Shown in pieces: positions 1-8,959 of a stretch of DNA of 64,000 nucleotides. The notes under the pieces were generated by a model. That model was given only the letters and a program-made list of their open reading frames with translations. It was not told the origin of the DNA and made no database searches. How positions within the stretch are numbered: the first letter of the stretch is position 1; each line of letters begins with the position of its first letter. A program made the translations under genes and the position numbers. This DNA comes from an uncultured Oscillospiraceae bacterium (GTDB lineage Bacteria; Bacillota; Clostridia; Oscillospirales; SIG627), in the NCBI GenBank assembly GCA_964650465.1, contig CAZYTA010000003.1, forward strand, positions 32,268-96,267, written 5' to 3'.

Positions 1-1
1 G

Positions 2-1078
2 TCTGCGTTTGCAATCTGTTATTCTGCAGGGCAGTTAATCAGTGCCTTTTGTATGAAAAAGCTGTCACCGCTAAAGGTGATAGGTGCTGAGCTTTTGTCG
101 GTGGCGTGCATAAATTTCCTGTTTTCCCGTTCCGACACATTTGTTTTGATGGCTGTTTTGTGGGGAATAAACGGATGCATACAATCCACACTTCTCAGCG
201 GTATTACCAAAATTTTCTCAAATACACTTTCCGAGCCTTACCTTTCGAGAGGTGCTGTTGCCCTGAACACGGTAGGTGCCGCGGGCGGATTGTTGAATTA
301 CGTTCTGTCGTGGGTATTTATATCTTTTTCAAATTGGAGATACTTATTTTCATCGGTTGCCTTTTCTCTGTTGCTTTTGTGCGTCATATGGTTTATTGCC
401 ATGCCGCAGCTCTGCAAAAGCGAAAGTAAAAACAAAACGGCTGAAAATAAAGCAGAAAACGAACCTGTTGTTTCATCTGCTCCTCTTTCAAAAGCAGTTC
501 CCGTTTTTGTCATTGCAGGCGCATTTTTCATCGGTACACTTAGGGAAAGTGTCTCACTGTGGATACCGTCATACATAAGCGAAGTATTCAACCTTAGCAC
601 TGCCAGCTCTGTTATTGCCACTGTTTTTGTTCCGTGCTTGCAAATATGCGGTGCGTTCGCAGGCGGATATTTCGGACGTAAAACAAACAACCTTCTGTTT
701 GCTTCGGCAATTACTTTTTTACTGTCAGGAAGCTCCCTTGCGATTATCGGCATATCGGGCAACGCAAATCTGTTTTTGTCGGTTGCTTTTTTTGCTGTTA
801 ATGCGGTCTGTATGACAACAGCTCTCACCTTTTTACTGAGCCTGTTCCCAATTGCATATTTTAATAAAAAAACCCTCCCCTTTATGGTCGGAATAATAAA
901 CTTTTCCGTTCATTGCGGAGATTTTACCGCTTCTCTCGGAATCGGCTGGCTGTCTCAGCAAACGAATTGGAGTACTGTTTTTACGGCTTTGCCTATTATG
1001 GCTGCATCAGCGGCGTTTATATGCACAGCAGGCGGATATATTTTGAAGAAAGGAAGAACACCTCATGTCTGTAAATGA
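2..1078 (+). CDS. MFS transporter, 5'-truncated at window edge
   Basis: The ORF track starts the ORF at 53, but the frame stays open back to position 2. The protein has multiple TM helices and looks like the C-terminal ~10 helices of an MFS permease. Confidence 0.6.
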   Translation, partial: SAFAICYSAGQLISAFCMKKLSPLKVIGAELLSVACINFLFSRSDTFVLMAVLWGINGCIQSTLLSGITKIFSNTLSEPYLSRGAVALNTVGAAGGLLNYVLSWVFISFSNWRYLFSSVAFSLLLLCVIWFIAMPQLCKSESKNKTAENKAENEPVVSSAPLSKAVPVFVIAGAFFIGTLRESVSLWIPSYISEVFNLSTASSVIATVFVPCLQICGAFAGGYFGRKTNNLLFASAITFLLSGSSLAIIGISGNANLFLSVAFFAVNAVCMTTALTFLLSLFPIAYFNKKTLPFMVGIINFSVHCGDFTASLGIGWLSQQTNWSTVFTALPIMAASAAFICTAGGYILKKGRTPHVCK

Positions 1079-1901
1079 GTTCAAGGGAAGCCTGTTCCGT
1101 ATTACCCACACCGTAGAAGAATCAGGACCGCACAATACAATTCCTTATGACTATTACGATGACACCTTTACCGTAACCATAGTTCTGAAGGGTGAAGGTG
1201 CTTGCTACATAGAAGGCACAACTTATCCTCTGTCCGACGGTGACGCTGTTTTGATTTCGCCCGACGAGATACGCTCTTACAAATTCCAAAAAAGCGGATA
1301 TCACGAAAGAATTTCTTTATATTTTTCCTGCTCGGTTCTTTCCGGGATATGCAACAGTGAAATTTCACTGCTCGATATTTTCCGTGCCAGAAAAAATATC
1401 AAAGTATCTGAATATAACAGCGAGAAAGTAAGTTTTCTGCTTAATGACCTGAAAGTTGCCGTCAGTAACAGTAACATCCATATGCGAGAATCCCGTATTC
1501 ACCTTTTAATTCTCCGTCTCCTGTTTGAATTCTACGATGCCTGTCAAACCTCAACGCCTCACGAAGAGCATCAAAACAGGGACAGTGTAGTATGGAAACT
1601 ATGTAATTACATAACAGGAAATCTTACCGAGGAGTTGTCATATAAGAACTTACAGAAACGCTTTTCGGTCAGTGAATATCAATTAACCAAAGTATTCTTC
1701 AGAAATACCGGGATGACAGTAACCGAATACATCATACAAAAACGGCTGATGAATGCTATCTCCCTTATTCGAAACGGAGAGGGCATCGAGACTGCCGCAT
1801 ATAAATCGGGCTTTAAAAACTATTCTTACTTTTACAAAGCTTTTATCAAGCATTATGGCATATCCCCACAGAGGTATTTCCTTAACAAAGTCAAATTATA
1901 G
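1065..1901 (+). CDS. AraC family transcriptional regulator (cupin sensor + HTH)
   Basis: The C-terminal HTH_AraC signature is present (…YKSGFKNYSYFYKAFIKHYGISPQRY). An N-terminal cupin-like domain precedes it. The start overlaps the MFS stop by 14 nt. Confidence 0.8.
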   Translation: MSVNEFKGSLFRITHTVEESGPHNTIPYDYYDDTFTVTIVLKGEGACYIEGTTYPLSDGDAVLISPDEIRSYKFQKSGYHERISLYFSCSVLSGICNSEISLLDIFRARKNIKVSEYNSEKVSFLLNDLKVAVSNSNIHMRESRIHLLILRLLFEFYDACQTSTPHEEHQNRDSVVWKLCNYITGNLTEELSYKNLQKRFSVSEYQLTKVFFRNTGMTVTEYIIQKRLMNAISLIRNGEGIETAAYKSGFKNYSYFYKAFIKHYGISPQRYFLNKVKL

Positions 1902-1951
1902 AATCAAGGAAAAAAGGCGAAATTGGTTTCGTGCAGTTTCCTATATAAAAG

Positions 1952-1988
1952 CATCACCCCCGAAAGTATCGGGGGTGATGTGTTTATT
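1952..1988. terminator. Bidirectional rho-independent terminator
   Basis: Hairpin CATCACCCCCGA-aagta-TCGGGGGTGATG followed by TGTTTATT. It lies between convergent genes ending at 1901 and 2002. Confidence 0.7.
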
Positions 1989-2001
1989 GGGTCAAATGAT
2001 A

Positions 2002-3015
2002 TTAAAGCATTACCTTTTCGCCCTTGTCTGCCGATTCCTTTTCCGCAAGAGCAATCTTTGTGGTGTTGAGTGTGCTTTCTGCAGGGTTGATTGCAGAGGT
2101 CTTGTTGTTTACAATGCAGTCAACGAAGTCGATAACCTCAAGGGCATAATCGTTGACTTTCTCAAGCTGCTTTTCTATCTTCTGTCCATCCTCGGTGTAT
2201 ATCATAAACTTGCCTGCTCTGCGCTCAACGGTAGCCTTTTCAAACTTTGCAAAGATGCCCGAGTTGAAGGGATAAGAGTTTGAGGGACAGCCCCATTCGC
2301 CTGTACAGGTTACAAGCTTGTCGTCATACTCATAGCGTGTTACTATGGAATCGTGACCTGTTTTGTAGTTTGTAGCAAAGGACATAACCGATTTGGGCAT
2401 ACCCATTATCCAGTTTATGATGTCAACATCGTGGACGTGGAGGTCAAGTGCCGCACCTCCGCTCTTCTTCTCGTCAAGGAACCAGTTTTCCCAAGACCAG
2501 ATGGGAGTGGGGGAAAGTCTCCAGAAATCAGCACGGAGAAGCTCGCCGTATTCCTTGCTGTCATAAATCTCCTTCAGCGCCTTGTATGCCGATTCGTAAC
2601 GGCAGCACTGACCTATCATAAGCTTTACACCCATTTCCTTTGAGGTGTTCAGCATATTCTCTGCCTGCTCAAGATTGATTGCCATAGGCTTCTCGGAGAA
2701 TACATTGATTCCCTTCTTCATAGCCTTAACGGCTATCTGCTCGTGAAGGTAGGTGGGAAGTGCTGTTACAACAAAGTCAAGCTCCTCGTTTGCGAGAAGG
2801 TCATCAACGTTGTTGTAAAGCTTGAAGTTTGAAAGGTCAAGGTCTACATTGCTGTCGCCCAGATTTGTGGCTGTCTGCTCTGTGAAAACACTCTCGCGAA
2901 TGTCACAAAGAGCAACGAGCTGAACCTCTGTGCAGGACTTTTCTTTAACCTCGGGGTAAGCTCTGAAATGAACCTTACCAAGTCCGCCGAAGCCGATAAT
3001 TGCATACTTTAACAT
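2002..3015 (-). CDS. Gfo/Idh/MocA family NAD(P)-dependent oxidoreductase
   Basis: N-terminal Rossmann motif MLKYAIIGFGGLGKVH. Length is 337 aa, consistent with inositol-dehydrogenase-like enzymes. Confidence 0.75.
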   Translation of the reverse strand: MLKYAIIGFGGLGKVHFRAYPEVKEKSCTEVQLVALCDIRESVFTEQTATNLGDSNVDLDLSNFKLYNNVDDLLANEELDFVVTALPTYLHEQIAVKAMKKGINVFSEKPMAINLEQAENMLNTSKEMGVKLMIGQCCRYESAYKALKEIYDSKEYGELLRADFWRLSPTPIWSWENWFLDEKKSGGAALDLHVHDVDIINWIMGMPKSVMSFATNYKTGHDSIVTRYEYDDKLVTCTGEWGCPSNSYPFNSGIFAKFEKATVERRAGKFMIYTEDGQKIEKQLEKVNDYALEVIDFVDCIVNNKTSAINPAESTLNTTKIALAEKESADKGEKVML

Positions 3016-3027
3016 AGTTTTTTCTCC

Positions 3028-3894
3028 TTATATGTTATTTAAAATTGATTCAAGATATTTTTTGCCCTCTATGATGTCAAGCCTCTGCTGTTCACCCGTT
3101 ATTTCTCTTTCAATGGTAAGCGGTCCGTCATAGCCTACCTCACGAAGCTTTGCGATAAATCTGGGATAATCCACATGCCCCTCCCCCAGCGGTGTCTGTA
3201 CTCCGTTGGAATATTTGCCGTCCTGACAGCCGACGGTGGGATACCTTCCGTCCTTTGCGTGTACACCCTTTACATACTTACCGAATACAGTAAGGGCATC
3301 AATGGGATTGGCTTTACCGCCGGTAATAAGATTTGACGGGTCGAGATTTATGGCAAGCGAGTCAATACCCACAGTCTCAATCAGTCTCAGCAGTGCTATG
3401 GGTGTCTCCTGTCCTGTCTCGAACAGGAAATACTGTCCCTGCTTCTTAAAATAGTCTGCCACATACCAAAGGGCTCTTGCAAGCGACTGAAAATCGTCGG
3501 ACGAAGGGAATTCCGATATGTAGCCCACATGCATGACTACATCCTGCACTCCCATAGCCTTTGCAAAATCACAGCCTCGGAGAAGCATCTCGATTCTCTG
3601 CGCTCTCCATTCAAGCGGCACAAGACCTATAGTGCGGGGACCATGCTCTATATTCCAGAAGCAAGGACCTATCATGAGAGGCGCCTTACACCAGAAGGCA
3701 GATATTCTCACTCCGTACTTTTCTGCTGTCTCCTTTATTATTTTTGCATTTTCCTCTGTGTAATACTGTCCGTAAACTATTTCAAGCTGACAGGTGGGGA
3801 AACCCATTTCCGCAACATCGCGGAATTTTGCCTCAATTCCTTCTCTGTCATTCAGAACGTCTCCGTCGTGTCTTATAAAAACACCAAGTTCCAT
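3028..3894 (-). CDS. Sugar phosphate isomerase/epimerase (xylose-isomerase-like TIM barrel)
   Basis: 288 aa AP-endonuclease-2/xylose-isomerase-like TIM-barrel fold, with conserved E/H/D metal ligands by eye. Forms an operon with the upstream oxidoreductase. Confidence 0.6.
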   Translation of the reverse strand: MELGVFIRHDGDVLNDREGIEAKFRDVAEMGFPTCQLEIVYGQYYTEENAKIIKETAEKYGVRISAFWCKAPLMIGPCFWNIEHGPRTIGLVPLEWRAQRIEMLLRGCDFAKAMGVQDVVMHVGYISEFPSSDDFQSLARALWYVADYFKKQGQYFLFETGQETPIALLRLIETVGIDSLAINLDPSNLITGGKANPIDALTVFGKYVKGVHAKDGRYPTVGCQDGKYSNGVQTPLGEGHVDYPRFIAKLREVGYDGPLTIEREITGEQQRLDIIEGKKYLESILNNI

Positions 3895-4044
3895 ATTTTA
3901 TACCTCTATCATTCTGTGTGTCCATACACCGTATGGTTTTCTACAGTATATCATACGAAATATAAAAAAATCAAGGATTTATAAGACATTGACAGGGAAA
4001 ATATTGAACAGTTTAAAAAAACTGACGAAAAAATAACTTTCCTC

Positions 4045-4073
4045 TTGAAAAAATCACCGTGCGGTGCTACAAT
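4045..4073 (+). promoter_or_regulatory. Sigma-A type promoter (TTGAAA-17-TACAAT)
   Basis: -35 TTGAAA at 4045 and -10 TACAAT at 4068 with 17-nt spacing, upstream of the SulP gene. Confidence 0.45.
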
Positions 4074-4124
4074 ATAAATTGTTCGTCAAAAAACTAATCT
4101 ACAAAGTAAAAGAGGCGTATTAAA

Positions 4125-5387
4125 TTGAAGACTTTTATTCCATCGTTTTTTGAGTGTATGCGCTCATATTCCAAGCAACAGCTTGTACGCGACCTTATTG
4201 CAGGTATCATCGTTGCAATAATAGCACTTCCTTTATCTATTGCACTTGCCATTGCGTCGGGTGTAGGACCCCAAATCGGTCTTTATACCGCAATAGTTGC
4301 AGGCTTCCTTATTTCACTTTTCGGCGGCAGCCGTGTCCAGATAGCAGGACCTACAGCCGCATTTGCAGGAATTGTAGCAGGTATAGTTGCCACAAAAGGA
4401 ATGGACGGACTTGTTGTTGCCACACTTATTGCAGGTGCAATACTCGTTCTTATGGGACTTTTCAGGCTGGGCGGACTTATCCGATATATCCCCCAGACTA
4501 TAACCACAGGCTTTACCTCGGGAATTGCCGTAACCATTATAATCGGACAGCTTAAGGACTTTTTCGGACTTACCTTCACACACTCTCCCGTTGAGACAGT
4601 CGAAAAGGTTTCTGAGGTCGTTGCCTGCTTCTCCACAGTCAATCTTTCGGCGGTAGCGGTAGGCATTGTGTCTTTGATAATACTTATAGTGCTTCCCAAA
4701 TTTCTGCCAAAGGTTCCTGCCTCGCTTATTGCAGTTATCCTGATGTCTTTGGCTGTAAAGTTTCTCCCCTGGGAGGTAAACACCATCGGCTCGCTTTATC
4801 CCGATATGCCGCTGACGCTCCCAAAGCTGTCATTACCAGATTTCAAAGCAATTGATATTGCGGGACTTATCCCGGATGCTGTTACAATTGCGGTGCTTGC
4901 CGCTGTTGAATCTCTCCTGTCCTGTGTTGTAGCCGATAAAATGATAGGCGCAAAGCACAATTCCAATATGGAGCTGGTAGCTCAAGGTATAGGAAATATA
5001 GGCTCGGCACTCTTTGGCGGCATTCCCGCCACAGGTGCTATAGCACGTACTGCCGCCAACATAAAAAACGGCGGAAGAACACCGATTGCAGGCATGGTAC
5101 ACGCCGTTGTGCTTTTAGGTGTACTGGCAATCTTTATGCCATATGCTTCCCTCATTCCAATGCCGACCATTGCCGCAATACTCTTTGTAGTAGCCTACAA
5201 TATGAGCGAATGGCGTGAATTTGTAAAGATAATAAAAAAGAATCCCTTGACAGACACCCTTGTATTGGTACTCACATTTGTCCTCACCGTTGTTTTTGAC
5301 CTTGTTGTAGCAATCGCAGCAGGTCTCATTGTACACTATGCAATCGTACTTATCAAAAAAACTGTAAAAGGAAACAAAAATGGATAA
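4125..5387 (+). CDS. SulP family inorganic anion permease (no STAS domain)
   Basis: Matches the SulP/Sulfate_transp N-terminal region (LIAGIIVAIIALPLSIALAIASGV…GGSRVQIAGPTAA). TTG start at 4125 with an AAAGAGG RBS. An alternative ATG at 4158 is possible. Confidence 0.65.
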   Translation: MKTFIPSFFECMRSYSKQQLVRDLIAGIIVAIIALPLSIALAIASGVGPQIGLYTAIVAGFLISLFGGSRVQIAGPTAAFAGIVAGIVATKGMDGLVVATLIAGAILVLMGLFRLGGLIRYIPQTITTGFTSGIAVTIIIGQLKDFFGLTFTHSPVETVEKVSEVVACFSTVNLSAVAVGIVSLIILIVLPKFLPKVPASLIAVILMSLAVKFLPWEVNTIGSLYPDMPLTLPKLSLPDFKAIDIAGLIPDAVTIAVLAAVESLLSCVVADKMIGAKHNSNMELVAQGIGNIGSALFGGIPATGAIARTAANIKNGGRTPIAGMVHAVVLLGVLAIFMPYASLIPMPTIAAILFVVAYNMSEWREFVKIIKKNPLTDTLVLVLTFVLTVVFDLVVAIAAGLIVHYAIVLIKKTVKGNKNG

Positions 5388-5823
5388 TATTGATACAAAA
5401 ATCCTCTCCTGCCTTAAGGAAAACTCAAGAATGAATGCAACCGCAATAGGAGATAAGATAAATCTCTCGACATCGGCGGTGCTTGAGCGAATCAAAAAGC
5501 TTGAATCATCGGGCGTTATAGTAAAGTACACCACCATTGTTGACAACGAAAAAATCGGCAAGGGAATTACGGTCTTTATATCGGTAAGCCTTGAGCATCC
5601 GAAGTTTGACGAAAATTTCCGAGAAGTTATTTCATGCAATGAAGAAATCATTGAATGCCACTATGTAACAGGCGATTATGACTATATGCTTAAAGGAATC
5701 ACCTCGTCAAGTAAATCACTGGAGCAGCTTATCAACTTTGTTAAAAGCATCAACGGAGTCAGCCACACAAAAACACTGGTGGTAATGACCACAACAAAGA
5801 ACGATTTTACATCTATACAATAG
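5380..5823 (+). CDS. Lrp/AsnC family transcriptional regulator
   Basis: N-terminal HTH (ILSCLKENSRMNATAIGDKINLSTSAVLERIKKLE) plus a RAM/ACT-like C-terminal domain. 147 aa. Confidence 0.8.
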   Translation: MDNIDTKILSCLKENSRMNATAIGDKINLSTSAVLERIKKLESSGVIVKYTTIVDNEKIGKGITVFISVSLEHPKFDENFREVISCNEEIIECHYVTGDYDYMLKGITSSSKSLEQLINFVKSINGVSHTKTLVVMTTTKNDFTSIQ

Positions 5824-5846
5824 CACAAGACAGACAATGGGCGGAT

Positions 5847-6536
5847 TTATTCCGCCCATTGTCTGTCTATAATTTCACCAATTTCGTTTATTTGCTCTTG
5901 TGTTAAGGATACCTGTTTGTCACCGAATCTTGCATATCCCTCGGACATATTTACTCCGTATGTACCAAACTCCGTTTCAAATGTATATTCGGGCAGGCAT
6001 TTACAAATTTCGTCTCTGTAGTCAAGAAACCTGAGCAAATCGGTTATAGCTACAGAATCGCTTCCGGCAAAGGTTTTTTCCCAGCTTGTATCAATTCCTT
6101 TGTATTTTACGGTTGTAAGCGTATTTCCGCAGTATGCTGTTTCTTCATGCTCTATGACATTATCATTGCTTTCGGGAACATGACATTCCTTGAAGTAGCT
6201 TATCCCGAAGCGGTCAAGCTCTTCAATTCCTATCCGTCCGCTGTCAAGGGCATCTGCCACATTTTCACTTGTGCCGTCGGAGTAGTACACTGTCACATGC
6301 TGACTCTTGATACAACTGAATACATAGGTGTATTCACCGTCGCTGTAAAAGGGCTCCTCTGCCTGTGCACAGTCAATCTCTCCTGTTTTTGTGGCATCCA
6401 CTATGTCGGTTACAAATACAGCAACCTCCGAAGGCTCGCTCACCTCAACAGGATCAGCCACATAGCAGGTCACAACCTCCTCCTTGCACGAAGTAAAAAA
6501 CACAGTGCAAAGCAATATTAACAATATTCTTTTCAT
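5847..6536 (-). CDS. Hypothetical lipoprotein
   Basis: Signal peptide with lipobox (MKRILLILLCTVFFTSC). No recognisable catalytic motifs. Confidence 0.55.
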   Translation of the reverse strand: MKRILLILLCTVFFTSCKEEVVTCYVADPVEVSEPSEVAVFVTDIVDATKTGEIDCAQAEEPFYSDGEYTYVFSCIKSQHVTVYYSDGTSENVADALDSGRIGIEELDRFGISYFKECHVPESNDNVIEHEETAYCGNTLTTVKYKGIDTSWEKTFAGSDSVAITDLLRFLDYRDEICKCLPEYTFETEFGTYGVNMSEGYARFGDKQVSLTQEQINEIGEIIDRQWAE

Positions 6537-6558
6537 AGATTTACCTCCTTTAATCAGT

Positions 6559-6715
6559 TAAGCCGAAGAGAGTCGAACCCTTGTCGGTTTCATAGGGGAA
6601 TTTTCGCCCCTGCCGTCGTTACATTCCCTTGCATATATGTATTCCAAGCGACGAAAGGACATTTAGACCGAAAAGGGCTTTTCTCGGCGGCAATGATTCG
6701 ATTCTCTTCGGCTTA
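6559..6715 (-). repeat. TIR-bounded structured element, copy 1 (157 bp)
   Basis: Terminal inverted repeats TAAGCCGAAGAGAGTCGAAC … GATTCGATTCTCTTCGGCTTA. The body is shared with the copy at 37735-38010. It sits 11 nt upstream of the lipoprotein RBS on the minus strand. Confidence 0.6.
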
Positions 6716-6746
6716 GACGAAAGTAACGGGATTTTGTTCCACGATA

Positions 6747-6775
6747 TTGACAAAACGGTTTCAATGTGATATATT
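6747..6775 (+). promoter_or_regulatory. Promoter for THF riboswitch-folT-folC (TTGACA-17-TGnTATATT)
   Basis: -35 TTGACA at 6747 and an extended -10 TGATATATT ending at 6775. The predicted TSS is a few nt before the riboswitch. Confidence 0.55.
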
Positions 6776-6783
6776 TATCTCAT

Positions 6784-6877
6784 GCAGAGTAGAGTCAACT
6801 GCGTAAAGTGCTTATCGGACGGGGAGTTGCCGATTTGACGAAGGTTTTCCGCGGTAGTTTGGCTCGCATCCCGCTGC
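6784..6877 (+). promoter_or_regulatory. THF (tetrahydrofolate) riboswitch
   Basis: GCAGAGTAG…GCGTAAAGTG…GGACGGGGAGTTGCC…GCATCCCGCTGC matches the conserved THF aptamer (AGAGUAG / GCGUUAAGUG / GGAUGGGAUGU / GCAUCCGCUCC). It is located in the 5' leader of a folT-folC operon. Confidence 0.8.
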
Positions 6878-6937
6878 TACAATTAAAGAGACTCTTTTTG
6901 CCTCCTTAATGGTAGCTTACTTTAAGGAGGTATTTTT

Positions 6938-7486
6938 ATGTCCAAAAAACAATTTAAAATTGACAGCGTAAAGGAATTGACCTGTGCCGCAATGTTCACG
7001 GCTATGAGTGTAATTATCGGCATTTTCTGCAAGAATTTCATGAACTTTGGCGGAGGACTTTTCAGAGTAACCTTTGAGAATTTTCCCATAATTCTGTCGG
7101 GTGTATACTTCGGTCCCCTCGCAGGTGCGCTTGTGGGCTGTGCCACTGACCTTATAAGCTATCTGCTTTCCTCGCAGATATACCCCCCAAATCTCATCGT
7201 TACACTGGGGGCGGCTTCAATAGGTGCAATATCAGGCGCTGTCTCCCGATACGTTGTGAAAAAGCAGGGATATGCTCAGCTTGCCGCCTCGGGCGCTCTT
7301 GCTCATCTTATCGGCTCTGTGATAATCAAATCCATAGGACTGTACACATTTTACGGCATTGCAATACTTTGGAGAATACCCTTGTATTTTGCTGTTGCAA
7401 CGGTTGAAATTGCTATTATGTGCCTATTATACAAGAACAGAAATTTCAAAAATCTAACGGCAGGCTTTAAAAGCTCCGGGAGGTAA
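6938..7486 (+). CDS. folT: ECF transporter S component, folate family
   Basis: 182-aa membrane protein of the ECF S-component type. It is preceded by a THF riboswitch and followed by folC. RBS is AAGGAGG. Confidence 0.7.
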   Translation: MSKKQFKIDSVKELTCAAMFTAMSVIIGIFCKNFMNFGGGLFRVTFENFPIILSGVYFGPLAGALVGCATDLISYLLSSQIYPPNLIVTLGAASIGAISGAVSRYVVKKQGYAQLAASGALAHLIGSVIIKSIGLYTFYGIAILWRIPLYFAVATVEIAIMCLLYKNRNFKNLTAGFKSSGR

Positions 7487-7488
7487 TA

Positions 7489-8760
7489 ATGACATACCAA
7501 CAGGCTCTTGAATACATACACTCGGTTTGCTGGAAAGGAAGCAGACCCGGACTTGAAAGAACAAAACAGCTTCTCTCTCTTATGAAAAACCCCGAAAAGA
7601 AGCTGAAGTTCATACACATAGCAGGTACAAACGGAAAGGGCTCTACTGCCTCAATGTCTGCAAACATACTCCTCAAAGCAGGCTACAGGGTAGGTCTTTA
7701 TACATCACCATACATTTTTGAATTCAACGAGAGAATGCGTGTTGACGGCGTAAACATTTCCAATGACGAGCTTGCCGAAATAACCGCCTTTGTCAAGCCC
7801 CTTGCAGAGTCAATGGAGGACAAGCCCACTGAATTTGAGCTTGTCACCTGTATTGCTTTTGAGTACTTTTACCGTCACGGCTGTGACATTGTATGTCTTG
7901 AGGTAGGTATGGGCGGAGAGCTTGACTCAACAAATGTAATTGACCCTCCGATTGCCTCTGTAATAACCAACATAGGGTTGGACCATACAGATTTTCTCGG
8001 AAACACGCTTGAAAAAATAGCCAAAACGAAATCTAAGATAATAAAAAATAACTCTGCAGCTATTCTCTACCGCTCAACTCCCGAGGTGGAGGCTGTAATA
8101 GAAGCAAGATGCCGAGAGGTTAATGCAGCACTGATAAAGGCAGATTTTGATGCGGTTGTTCCGCTTGAAACAAGCCTTGAATACCAGTCCTTTAACTGGA
8201 AGGAAATAAAGGAAATTAAGCTTCCTCTTTTAGGCGAACATCAGCTGAAAAACGTTGCCACGGTGCTCACTCTTATTGAGGTACTCAGGGATAAAGGCTG
8301 CAAAATAACCGATGCCGATATACGAAGCGGTCTCGAGAGTGCTGTGTGGCAGGGCAGATTTGAAATAGTGTGCCGCTCTCCCCTCTTTGTTGTTGACGGT
8401 GGTCATAATCCTCAGTGTATCGAATCACTTGTAAAAAATGTTAAAAGCTATATTACAAGCAGACCTCTTATAGTTCTCACAGGCGTACTCGCCGACAAGG
8501 ACTATGACAGCATGTACAGAGAAATGGCAGGTATTGCCGACGAGTTTGTCACAGTCACACCCCCAAATCCAAGGGCGCTTACCTCCGATAAGCTGGCTGA
8601 ATATTTAAAGACGCTCGGAGCAAATGCAACCCCCTGCCAAACAATTGAGGACGGCGTTGCACTTGCTATGAAAAAGGCAAACGGCTGTGGAGCCGTAATC
8701 GCATACGGCTCACTGTACATGGTAGCCGATATTGAAAACGCAGTTAAACGTCTTAAATAA
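7489..8760 (+). CDS. folC: Bifunctional folylpolyglutamate synthase / dihydrofolate synthase
   Basis: P-loop IHIAGTNGKGST and Mur-ligase family domains. 423 aa. Confidence 0.85.
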   Translation: MTYQQALEYIHSVCWKGSRPGLERTKQLLSLMKNPEKKLKFIHIAGTNGKGSTASMSANILLKAGYRVGLYTSPYIFEFNERMRVDGVNISNDELAEITAFVKPLAESMEDKPTEFELVTCIAFEYFYRHGCDIVCLEVGMGGELDSTNVIDPPIASVITNIGLDHTDFLGNTLEKIAKTKSKIIKNNSAAILYRSTPEVEAVIEARCREVNAALIKADFDAVVPLETSLEYQSFNWKEIKEIKLPLLGEHQLKNVATVLTLIEVLRDKGCKITDADIRSGLESAVWQGRFEIVCRSPLFVVDGGHNPQCIESLVKNVKSYITSRPLIVLTGVLADKDYDSMYREMAGIADEFVTVTPPNPRALTSDKLAEYLKTLGANATPCQTIEDGVALAMKKANGCGAVIAYGSLYMVADIENAVKRLK

Positions 8761-8780
8761 AATTCCCTATAAAGTAAGAA

Positions 8781-8818
8781 TGTGGATGTAAAAAACTTTT
8801 TACATCCACATTTTTATA
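8781..8818 (+). terminator. Rho-independent terminator after folC
   Basis: Hairpin TGTGGATGTAAAAAAC-tttt-TTACATCCACA followed by TTTTTATAT. Confidence 0.75.
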
Positions 8819-8930
8819 TCCTATGAAATTGCATTAAATCAACTTCGCCGTATTACTTTGCTTCGTTTTATACATTGGTAGCGATGGGCGAGCATTGCCA
8901 GCGGAGGCTCTCCGTTTTTTATAGCTTGAG
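8819..8930 (+). repeat. Terminator-adjacent repeat family A, full copy
   Basis: CCTATGAAATTGCATTAAATCAACTTCGCCG…GCGATGGGCGAGCATTGCCAGCGGAGGCTCTCCGTTTTTT. It is about 80% identical to the copy at 63115-63222 and to the reverse-complement copy at 53448-53552. Confidence 0.65.
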
Positions 8931-8959
8931 TATGAATAGCTGAGAATTGACGGCGCAAG

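Noticed and set aside
298-828. 176-aa minus-strand ORF
   Set aside because: Antisense to the MFS transporter gene.
4154-4555. Cys/Arg-rich 133-aa ORF
   Set aside because: Alternative frame inside the SulP permease gene, so not independent.
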